DNA from: an uncultured virus (IMG/VR IMGVR_UViG_3300018412_000011)
Lineage: Duplodnaviria; Heunggongvirae; Uroviricota; Caudoviricetes
Reading direction: 5' to 3' (one strand)
DNA length: 64,000 nucleotides
IMG/VR virus record: IMGVR_UViG_3300018412_000011
Positions 19,249 through 27,286 of the stretch are shown here, piece by piece; position 1 is the stretch's first letter; every line of letters begins with the position of its first letter. The notes under the pieces were generated by a model. It saw only the letters and a list, made by a program, of their open reading frames with translations. It was not told the origin of the DNA and did not search any database. The translations under genes and the position numbers were made by a program.

Positions 19249-20199
19249 TTATTTATAATTTTCAAGACTTTTTTGACCATAATTTTTAACCGCCTGAATA
19301 ACCTGTTGATTTAGATTGAATAGTTTGTTGTCAAATCTCATCTTTTCAATACGCTTTAAAGCCCCAACTTTTCTGCCCATCCAATATTCGTCTCCGTTTT
19401 CTTGCAAGTGTTTTTTGTGTCTATAAAAAATGGTCCTTCTAGAAGGTAAAAATGGAATGCCATCACTTATAAATGTATTGCTTACGTATGTCTTCCATAA
19501 AATTTTAGCATAAAGTTCTCCATTCAAAGGTTTCTTTATATTTTCCCATTGTTTGTTCTCGGGAGGCATATAATCTTTAAACAACATAGGCCAAATAGGA
19601 GATATTCCGTTGCCAACATCGCTCCTAGTTTTATGATCAATTGGAATCCCCAATGCTTTAATATGAGGTAACAAACGGGAACTAATTCTTGCATATGTTA
19701 TTCCCTTTTTATTTTCAATGCGTTGCAATCCTGCCATAAGACCCGCAACATATTCGATAGAATCCTCATTTCCTTTTAGGTAAAGGGCGGGAACAGATTT
19801 CCAATGGTGGGGTTCCATATTAGATTCTGCTGGATATTGTTTGCCTCCAAACGGAGAAGCGTTAATCATATCCCAAATATGAGGGCATGCATTCCAAGAA
19901 AAAGAAGGAAACGTTTGTTTTTTGTATTGAACCACTCCAACTTTTGTAAGTCCTTGAATGAAACTTCCACTCCAGATTGGATGTTCCCATTTTATTTTTT
20001 CTTTCAAGTACCATTTGATATTGCCAATAGTAATAGTATCAAAAGAAGGGAGCACTTCTTCTTTATCCCAATACTTATATATATCTTCTTCTGAGATGTT
20101 TTTTCGTCGTTTACCTAAATTTCCTTTTTCTAAGACTGTTCTTGATAAAACTTCGCACCTATAAAGTTTTTCTTCATATGGAATGGAAGGACGAGACAT
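19249..20199 (-). CDS. Hypothetical basic protein with a possible degenerate LAGLIDADG-like segment
   Basis: KSVP.LYL.....EYVAGLMAG....ISSRLL..IKALGI resembles intein endonuclease blocks D/E/H without the acidic residue. Confidence 0.5.
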   Translation of the reverse strand: MSRPSIPYEEKLYRCEVLSRTVLEKGNLGKRRKNISEEDIYKYWDKEEVLPSFDTITIGNIKWYLKEKIKWEHPIWSGSFIQGLTKVGVVQYKKQTFPSFSWNACPHIWDMINASPFGGKQYPAESNMEPHHWKSVPALYLKGNEDSIEYVAGLMAGLQRIENKKGITYARISSRLLPHIKALGIPIDHKTRSDVGNGISPIWPMLFKDYMPPENKQWENIKKPLNGELYAKILWKTYVSNTFISDGIPFLPSRRTIFYRHKKHLQENGDEYWMGRKVGALKRIEKMRFDNKLFNLNQQVIQAVKNYGQKSLENYK

Positions 20200-20205
20200 A
20201 CCATA

Positions 20206-20418
20206 TTATACCAATAATTTTAATGGATATACTTCTAAAAAGACATAGGGTTTGACATCTTGATCTTCCACATATCCTCTGTTAGAAAATCCAATGCCTA
20301 AATCAATGATTTTGTAAGCCTTGATATAAAATCCCATAAAATTGGGATTACTAGACCACCACTTCATCATAATAGATTTGGTTTCTTTATAAGATGGAAT
20401 ATTTTGAATTTTTGACAT
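20206..20418 (-). CDS. Hypothetical protein
   Basis: 70-aa ORF. Confidence 0.4.
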   Translation of the reverse strand: MSKIQNIPSYKETKSIMMKWWSSNPNFMGFYIKAYKIIDLGIGFSNRGYVEDQDVKPYVFLEVYPLKLLV

Positions 20419-20451
20419 TTCAATCTTTTGCGTTATATGCTTTCTTCACTT

Positions 20452-20757
20452 TTAAGTTTGAAAATTTGCAAATCCTTTAGGTGGATTAACTGTTAAAGAT
20501 CCATCACCCAAAAATGCAACTTTATCAACCCAAACCAAATCATCTTTCATTAAATCTTTGGGTTGCAACAATATTTCGACTCCATCCCGAATTGAAACAA
20601 AAGAATGATAATTTGTTGTGCCTAATGTTGCCCCTCCATCAAAATGTATAGTATATACATCTAAGCCGTGATGAGGCATTTGCCGAAGAATTACTCTCTT
20701 AACTGTAAGAAGAACGTTCGGTCCCTCTTTTGCTTCATGTTTCAATTTATTCATCAT
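20452..20757 (-). CDS. Stand-alone intein/Hint-like fragment
   Basis: VYTIHFDGGATLGTTNYHSF....G......KDL..DDLV (block B TxxH) followed by FLGDGS. No N-terminal Cys block A and no C-terminal HN. Confidence 0.55.
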   Translation of the reverse strand: MMNKLKHEAKEGPNVLLTVKRVILRQMPHHGLDVYTIHFDGGATLGTTNYHSFVSIRDGVEILLQPKDLMKDDLVWVDKVAFLGDGSLTVNPPKGFANFQT

Positions 20758-21920
20758 TTTACTCTATATGCTTTCTTTACTTTTTCAATCATACGGGGAT
20801 CTCCCATATTCTTGCCTTTATCATCAGAAAGTTTAATGCAACTTTGGTCATTGCATTCGAGTAATTTCATGACGATTGCAAGAGCTTTAACTCCATCAAA
20901 GTCATTGGTGATGTTGGTTCCAATACCGAAACTCACTCCAGTACGACCAATAAAACGCCTCCAAATATCAAGAGCAAGAGGAAAATTTAATCCATCCGAA
21001 AATACAACCGATTTTCTGCGAGGATCAATGCCAATAGATTCCCAATGTTTAATGGCTTTTTCTCCAAATTCAAAAGGACACCCACTATCATGTCGAATTC
21101 CATCATAACCTCTAGCAAGATTAAAGTCAAAATCTCTAAAGAATGCATCACTTGTAAAGGTGTCTGTTAATGCAATACCAAGTTTTTGTCCATATTCTTG
21201 TTGCCAAACATGCAAAGCTCTTTTTTGTGCTTGGCTAATGTTGTCAACAATACCTAAATGAGCCATTGTCCATTCATGAGCTACTGTACCAATGGGCTTG
21301 AGATTGTAATCCATTGCCAATTTGACATTGGATACTCCCACAAGATTGTTGGGAACCATTTCCATTTGAATTTGTAAAGCTTGTTCTTGCCAATATTTCG
21401 AAAAACGTCTGCGAGTCCCAAATTCCGCATATTTGAATGTGGGATAATCTTTAATCAAATGAAGTTTATTACGAAGAATTCTCTCCGCATTCATATATTT
21501 CAAATTATCATCAAAATTATCAAAATATAGTTCATTGACAGTTGCAAGTAAAGGAACCTCATACCAAATAGTATCAAGCCAAGTTCCCATCGCCTCAATA
21601 ACCAAATCTCCACCAACATTTTCAATATAAATTCGGTTAGAATCCAAACAAAAATCATTTTCTAAGAATTGAATAAAATCTTCTGTAAAAAAAGGAATTG
21701 TCCTAAGATAATTTGCTTCTTTTTTAGTTATTCTTAAATTATCCCAAGACTTAACTTGTTCGTTTAATTCATTTTTAATGAAACCAAGTTCAACCCCCTT
21801 GTTGCGACATTTGAATTCCCAACGAACTTTTGCATTGGGATATTGGTGAAATACCGCTTGCATCATAGAAAGTTTATAAAGATCTGTGTCGATAAAATTT
21901 GTGACAATTTGTTTGTTCAT
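20754..21920 (-). CDS. pncB: Nicotinate phosphoribosyltransferase
   Basis: DTDLYKLSMMQAV, EFGTRRRFS, GTVAHEW (phospho-His), ALTDTF, GIRHDSG, FSDGL, FGIGT..TND, KLSDD.GK. Confidence 0.93.
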   Translation of the reverse strand: MNKQIVTNFIDTDLYKLSMMQAVFHQYPNAKVRWEFKCRNKGVELGFIKNELNEQVKSWDNLRITKKEANYLRTIPFFTEDFIQFLENDFCLDSNRIYIENVGGDLVIEAMGTWLDTIWYEVPLLATVNELYFDNFDDNLKYMNAERILRNKLHLIKDYPTFKYAEFGTRRRFSKYWQEQALQIQMEMVPNNLVGVSNVKLAMDYNLKPIGTVAHEWTMAHLGIVDNISQAQKRALHVWQQEYGQKLGIALTDTFTSDAFFRDFDFNLARGYDGIRHDSGCPFEFGEKAIKHWESIGIDPRRKSVVFSDGLNFPLALDIWRRFIGRTGVSFGIGTNITNDFDGVKALAIVMKLLECNDQSCIKLSDDKGKNMGDPRMIEKVKKAYRVK

Positions 21921-21923
21921 TGG

Positions 21924-22256
21924 TTATCCTTCTTCAATTTCTTCAGTTTTTTCGGTTTCTTCGGAAGCTAAAATGTATTTTTTGCCATCTATGATAATAG
22001 ATTCTTTTTTGTCTTCCAAAAGAGGCATAAGTTCTTGTTTTAAATCCTCTTTTTCAATGTCAATATCTGCAAAATTTTTAATGAGAGCTTTAATGAGATT
22101 TAAGGAAAAATCAACTTCCGCAACAGATTCATCTAGTTTGACAATAAAATCAAGAATTTCTTGATTGTTCGAAAACTCTAAATCGTTCACATTAAGATTC
22201 ATAAGTTGATCTGCTTCAACTTTGACATTTATGGGTTCTGATAATCTGATTTTCAT
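21924..22256 (-). CDS. Hypothetical acidic protein
   Basis: Likely start ATG 22256, downstream of TTGACT-N16-TATTAT (22283-22310). Confidence 0.55.
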   Translation of the reverse strand: MKIRLSEPINVKVEADQLMNLNVNDLEFSNNQEILDFIVKLDESVAEVDFSLNLIKALIKNFADIDIEKEDLKQELMPLLEDKKESIIIDGKKYILASEETEKTEEIEEG

Positions 22257-22319
22257 AAAGGATTTCTCGCTTTGTTGACGGTATAATATATAAAACCTAC
22301 TTAAAGTCAAGGAGAATTT

Positions 22320-22487
22320 ATGAAGAATTTTAATTTAGATAAACAAAAGGAAATTTGGAAACAAGAATCAAAAGGACTAGGAGACACTGTTGCTAAAATC
22401 ACTAAAACCGTTGGGGTTGAACCTTGTGAAAAATGTGAGGAACGTAGGCAAAAATGGAATGAAAAATTTTCTTATAAGAAAAAATAA
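22320..22487 (+). CDS. Small phage-type protein with GLGDTVAK...PC..C..RR motif
   Basis: Manual translation: MKNFNLDKQKEIWKQESKGLGDTVAKITKTVGVEPCEKCEERRQKWNEKFSYKKK; AAGGAG SD. Below the ORF-track size cut-off. Confidence 0.7.
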   Translation: MKNFNLDKQKEIWKQESKGLGDTVAKITKTVGVEPCEKCEERRQKWNEKFSYKKK

Positions 22488-22514
22488 GCATAAATTTCAA
22501 TAACATTAATCGCA

Positions 22515-23036
22515 TTAATCGTGTTTCAATTCTAAAATCACTTCAGAATTCTCTTGGATTCCCCAATTTGCATCTTGTAAATCCTCTCTGAATTGTTCTA
22601 GTCCAAACATCATATAATTGCTTCGCAATTGCTCGATTAAATCAAGAAGAGTTTTTCGATCAATATTAATTGTTTGTTCAATTACCCTAGAATTTCTGCC
22701 TTCATTAAATAATTTTTTAGAAATCACTTTCGCAACCGATTCTTTCTCATATAAATCAAAAAGAATGAAATAGTTACTATTTATAGGAGCCGATTCAACT
22801 TTGAAAATAGAATTTGAATAAGATGGGAGTTGTTTGATGTCATCTTTCCATTTCTTGAAAAAGTTATCCATTTGAAAATAACTAATTTCATTTCTATTGC
22901 TGATAAAATATCCAACTTTTTGTTCCATTATCCTTTTAATTCTAGCTTTTTCTTCAGAACTTAGTTGTTTAACTTTATATTTAACTGCATAAATCTTCAG
23001 ACTTTTTAAAGTTATCAATCCAAGGTTCAATATCAT
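22515..23036 (-). CDS. Hypothetical protein (start uncertain)
   Basis: ORF track. Confidence 0.5.
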   Translation of the reverse strand: MILNLGLITLKSLKIYAVKYKVKQLSSEEKARIKRIMEQKVGYFISNRNEISYFQMDNFFKKWKDDIKQLPSYSNSIFKVESAPINSNYFILFDLYEKESVAKVISKKLFNEGRNSRVIEQTINIDRKTLLDLIEQLRSNYMMFGLEQFREDLQDANWGIQENSEVILELKHD

Positions 23037-23343
23037 CTTTGCTTTTTACTTTAACAGTACAATGTTCTCCCCAAGTGTTAACCTCAATTTCATTTCCCCC
23101 CAAACACCCAATTGAATCAATAATTCTACGTTGCTTAAAGGGATCTTTTTTTGACTCTACATATTTGCACTTAACTTTTGCTTGTAAAAAATCTTGATCA
23201 ATTTCTTCATAAATCAAAAAATGAACAATATAAGTTTTTTTTTGAAGTTTTCTAAGAAATCTTGGCAACCACGACAAACCAACTAAAAACTTGTGATCTT
23301 CTTCCCATTCAAAATGTAAACTTTCTCTTGCATATACTTTCAT
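22981..23343 (-). CDS. Hypothetical protein
   Basis: 120-aa ORF. Confidence 0.55.
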   Translation of the reverse strand: MKVYARESLHFEWEEDHKFLVGLSWLPRFLRKLQKKTYIVHFLIYEEIDQDFLQAKVKCKYVESKKDPFKQRRIIDSIGCLGGNEIEVNTWGEHCTVKVKSKDDIEPWIDNFKKSEDLCS

Positions 23344-23345
23344 AA

Positions 23346-25379
23346 TTACCCTGAAATTAATTCCATAAATTGATCAATATCTATAATCTCACAATTATTG
23401 CTTACTGCTTTGGCATGTTTTCCTTTTGTCGTCTCTCCATCCCAAACCAAAATTGTATCTTTCCCAACAGAAGAAGAAACTTTCCCTCCATTAGCAACAA
23501 CAAGATCTTGATAATATTTTCTTGGTTGTTCAAATGATCCAGTAAAACAGAATTTCTTACCCGATAAAGAATCACTAGATTTTTCTTCTTTCTTTATTTT
23601 AAAATATTTCATCAAAGTAGAAGTTTCTTTTCTAGCTTTTTTCCAACCATCAACAAATGAATTGGCTTTCTTTTCAGCAAATCCATCAATTTTAATAATA
23701 TCATCAACAGTCAATTTATCAATATCTTCGATAGTAGGAGCAATAGCGACCAAATCTTCTGCCATTCTACCGATTCTTCCAATCCCCAAACTTTGAATAA
23801 ACTGACTCAAAGTAATCTCTTTAACACTATGAATGCTGTCCACAATGTTTTGATAATTTTTCTCTCCGAGATTATCCTTTAAATAACTATATTTTCTGAA
23901 TGGATGCTCACTTCTACGATCATTATCCAACATATAATACATTTCAGCCAAAGATTGAATGATGGGTTTATCTTCCCATTCTAGTTCATTTATGTCAGTT
24001 AATCTTTTAATAATACCAGGACCAATTCCTTTTGTGCCAATCTTTTTAAACCAATGTTCGATACGTCCATTCAACTGACTGATACAAAGAGGATTAGTGC
24101 AAACAATATGTACGTTATTATCATCCCACTCCAAATTTTCTTTACATCCTGGACATTTTTTTGGAGGTTCAATTAATTGATCTCCATTTTCTTTTATTGA
24201 AATAATTTGAGGAATAATATCACCCTTTTTAGCAATGACAACTCTAGCTCCAATCTTAATCGCATCTTTACCAACTAAAGCACTCCAATTATGAAGTGTG
24301 GCTTTCGAAATCATTGCTCCTCCTAGTTCCACGGGCTTTAAATGAGCTATAGGAACAATAACTCCCGTTCTACCTACATTGGAAGAAACAGATTCAAGAA
24401 TAGTTTCTTTTTCTTCTGGAGGAAATTTAACAGCTCTTGCAGATTTGGGTTTCTTTCCCCCTAAAGTTGATCCCATTTTTTTCCCTTCAGCAACATCATT
24501 CATTTTTACAACAATTCCGTCAATATCATATTGAAGTTGAGAACGATCAATTGATTCCATGTATGTTTCAACTGCTTTTCTCACTTCAGAAGGATATAAA
24601 CCCCCTTTAATAAAACGAGAAACACCTTTTACCCAAAGATGATCAAACCCCATTTCTTTAATCCACTGATTTTTTTCTACTTCAGTTGTAAAATCTTTTC
24701 TTTTAACTTCATAAGCAATAAAAGACAAACCTCGTTTTTTGGTTTCAGTTGCGTTTTTCTGATTGATACTGCCACTTGCAAAATTTCTAGGGTTTGCAAA
24801 ATTTCTAGGATTGGCATATTTCCCTCCAACTGATTTATGCCAATTTTTATAAAAATCATCACGTTTTTTATAACATTCCCCTCGAACTTCCACTTCTTCA
24901 TCACAATCAATCACAGAGGGCACTCCTTCAACGTATTGGGCATTAAGGGTAACATCCACCCCTTGTTGTCCGTCGCCTCTTGTGAGGGCTCTGATAAGCT
25001 TCCCATTCTTATATAACAAACTTAAGCTAAGTCCATCAATTTTATGTTGAAAAACAAACGATGGACAATCATTTCCAAAAGCATTTTTTACCCATTCCTC
25101 AAATGATTCTGAATCAGGACATTTACTGAGACTTCCCATTATAATATCATGCTTAACCAAAGTTCCATAAACATGTTCATCAATCTCTCCCCCTACTTCA
25201 GAGAAAAAGGGATTGTCAGGGGCAAGCTTTTCAAGTTGATACAATTCAATGTCATAATCTTTGTCCGAAATTGGAGAAGAACCATTATTTTCATATTGGC
25301 TTGCACAATATCTTAAAAACTCAATGCGTTCTTCGATGCTTAATGATGTGTCAATTTTAGTTTGCTTTGTAAAATCCAT
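23346..25379 (-). CDS. ligA: NAD+-dependent DNA ligase
   Basis: MGSL.K, KIDG, TRGDG..G, EVRGE, NPRN, DGIVVK, VGRTG, ATLHN, GDIIP, Cys4 zinc finger, HhH and BRCT. Start reassigned to ATG 25379 after an AAAGGA SD. Confidence 0.95.
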   Translation of the reverse strand: MDFTKQTKIDTSLSIEERIEFLRYCASQYENNGSSPISDKDYDIELYQLEKLAPDNPFFSEVGGEIDEHVYGTLVKHDIIMGSLSKCPDSESFEEWVKNAFGNDCPSFVFQHKIDGLSLSLLYKNGKLIRALTRGDGQQGVDVTLNAQYVEGVPSVIDCDEEVEVRGECYKKRDDFYKNWHKSVGGKYANPRNFANPRNFASGSINQKNATETKKRGLSFIAYEVKRKDFTTEVEKNQWIKEMGFDHLWVKGVSRFIKGGLYPSEVRKAVETYMESIDRSQLQYDIDGIVVKMNDVAEGKKMGSTLGGKKPKSARAVKFPPEEKETILESVSSNVGRTGVIVPIAHLKPVELGGAMISKATLHNWSALVGKDAIKIGARVVIAKKGDIIPQIISIKENGDQLIEPPKKCPGCKENLEWDDNNVHIVCTNPLCISQLNGRIEHWFKKIGTKGIGPGIIKRLTDINELEWEDKPIIQSLAEMYYMLDNDRRSEHPFRKYSYLKDNLGEKNYQNIVDSIHSVKEITLSQFIQSLGIGRIGRMAEDLVAIAPTIEDIDKLTVDDIIKIDGFAEKKANSFVDGWKKARKETSTLMKYFKIKKEEKSSDSLSGKKFCFTGSFEQPRKYYQDLVVANGGKVSSSVGKDTILVWDGETTKGKHAKAVSNNCEIIDIDQFMELISG
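24778..24813. repeat. Near-perfect in-frame 18-bp duplication giving NPRNFA-NPRNFA in LigA
   Basis: gcaaaatttctagggttt / gcaaaatttctaggattg. Confidence 0.85.
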
Positions 25380-25480
25380 AATGTTCCTTTGATTTACGCA
25401 ATATATAGAATTCAAAATGAATGTCAATTAAAAAATGATGCTATTCTCAACATCCAATTCTCATGAATTATTTATGTTGT

Positions 25481-26080
25481 TTAAAATTTTCCTAGAGTCC
25501 AACATTTTCTACAAACTGATACATAATTGATATTGTTATTGTTATCAATTTCAACTTGTTCCCCTTCTTCTACTTTCTTTCCATTATTAACTCTCATATT
25601 ACAAGTTGCTTTTTCTCCACAATGACAAAGATTCTCAATTTCATACAAAGAGTCGGCAAGTTCAATTAATCGTTTTGATCCTGGAAATAAATGAGTCTGA
25701 AAATCATCTTTTAATCCATAACAATAAACGCTTATATTTAAATTATCAACAATGTATGCTAATTGATCAATTTGGGCTGAAGTGAAAAATTGAACTTCTT
25801 CAACAAATATGATTTTTATTTTTCGTTTCATCAATAGTTCATTATCTTGAACAATCTTTTCTACTTTATTGAGAAGAGATTCTTCCTCTTTGATGACGAT
25901 ATCAGCTTCCGCTTCAATTCCCACTCTTGATTTTACCTTTCCTATTCCAAATCGATTGTCTCTGTGAGGAGTAATAAGAATATTACCAATATTTTTTTCT
26001 GTATAGTTATGTCGTTGAATTAACAAGGAAGCTGATTTTGCAGCCCCCATTGTGCCATGATAAAATCGTAAAGAACTCAT
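25481..26080 (-). CDS. tdk: Thymidine kinase
   Basis: GTMGAAKS, SRVG, VEEVQF, YGLK.DF...LF.GS, C.CG..A, YVSVCRKC. Confidence 0.93.
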   Translation of the reverse strand: MSSLRFYHGTMGAAKSASLLIQRHNYTEKNIGNILITPHRDNRFGIGKVKSRVGIEAEADIVIKEEESLLNKVEKIVQDNELLMKRKIKIIFVEEVQFFTSAQIDQLAYIVDNLNISVYCYGLKDDFQTHLFPGSKRLIELADSLYEIENLCHCGEKATCNMRVNNGKKVEEGEQVEIDNNNNINYVSVCRKCWTLGKF

Positions 26081-26096
26081 TTTTTATTATACATTG

Positions 26097-26993
26097 CTAC
26101 ATAATAAAAGGTAAAATAGCAAGTTCCTTTTTTTTCGCTTCAACCATAATATCATATTCTCCATCAAAGATAGGCAATGGACCTTGGATGAAATCAGAAT
26201 GAGCTTGAGGACGTTTACCTTTAGTCGATTCTGAATAATGTATTTTAGGAAATCTAGAACCCCATGTAGATAAAGCAATCTTTGCTGCATCTTCTAATGT
26301 TTCTTCATTACAAAATTGCCAATGATGAGTGTCCAAAATAATTGGAACATTAAGCTTGGGGAAAATCAAGTTATAAAGTTTTGTAACACTCCACATAGAA
26401 GATTTATCATCATTTTCAATAGTTAACCATTTTTGAACATTGGAATCTAGTTTTCGAAAATTATCACAAAATCTTTTAGCAGTATTGCTAAAATCTCCCC
26501 CATAACTTCCACCAACATGAATATTAATAACAAAATCTTGAGCGTCAAGCAATTCTCCAAGCAAGGCATGTGCATTGAGACAAAGAATTGTTTTATGGAC
26601 TGTTAAATCATTAGGAGATGCAAGACAATTATAGGGGCCAGGATGGGATGTAATACGGATATCATTGTCTTTTGCTATTTGTCCCACATCAGACATGTAA
26701 TTGATAATTTGGTTGTAATTTTTGAGATCAGACAATGCATATTGCAAATCTGGATGGTCAATAAACGGGAACATATCAGAACTAATGCGGAATAAGTGAA
26801 TATTATGTTCTGCATTCCATAACATAATTGTTTTGAGATCTTTGACGTTTTGCAAGATAAGATCTGAGACCCGTTCTAAATCAAAAGATGATTTACGTAA
26901 AGTTCGATTGGTAAAGATTTTGTCATTTTTTTTCTTGCCATCAGATAGAGTTGTGTTGATGCAAGCATAACCAAGATGTCGTATATTATTCAT
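26097..26993 (-). CDS. uvsE: UV DNA damage endonuclease
   Basis: LGYAC, FRISS..FP, SHPG, IHVGG, IENDD, LDTHH, IHYS, AHSD, MVEAK.KE. Confidence 0.93.
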   Translation of the reverse strand: MNNIRHLGYACINTTLSDGKKKNDKIFTNRTLRKSSFDLERVSDLILQNVKDLKTIMLWNAEHNIHLFRISSDMFPFIDHPDLQYALSDLKNYNQIINYMSDVGQIAKDNDIRITSHPGPYNCLASPNDLTVHKTILCLNAHALLGELLDAQDFVINIHVGGSYGGDFSNTAKRFCDNFRKLDSNVQKWLTIENDDKSSMWSVTKLYNLIFPKLNVPIILDTHHWQFCNEETLEDAAKIALSTWGSRFPKIHYSESTKGKRPQAHSDFIQGPLPIFDGEYDIMVEAKKKELAILPFIM

Positions 26994-26999
26994 GCGAAC

Positions 27000-27027
27000 A
27001 ACATAACATCTATTCTAAATATGTCAA
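27000..27027 (-). promoter_or_regulatory. Promoter TTGACA-N16-TATGTT, 6 nt before the uvsE ATG
   Basis: Read directly from sequence. Confidence 0.7.
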
Positions 27028-27032
27028 CATTA

Positions 27033-27284
27033 TTATAACGACAATATAAATGGTCTGTTAACACAATCATAATGACTATTTAAAGAAGAAGCATTTATTA
27101 CTCGACAAGATAAATTAGAATCAGTATAAATTCCATAACATTCATGTATATGCCCACATATATGATATTTTAAATTCTTTAAGCTTGCCAACCTATTATA
27201 AAGTTCAAAATCTCCAACCTCATTAACAGGAAATTCTGTTTCACGATGCTTAGAATGAGTATCTGATACTGCTATTATCCTCAT
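27033..27284 (-). pseudogene. Internally deleted calcineurin-like metallophosphoesterase
   Basis: Has SDTH (motif I) and GHIHE..INAS (motif V) but lacks the xGD, GNHD and central H motifs; only 83 aa. Confidence 0.7.
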
Positions 27285-27286
27285 AA

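Noticed and set aside
20754..21920. Nampt/Namat of NARP1 or NARP2
   Set aside because: Length and motifs (DTDLYK, GT.AHEW, GIRHDSG, KLSD) fit PncB better, and no Adps or Nmnat partner is adjacent. HMM confirmation is still needed.
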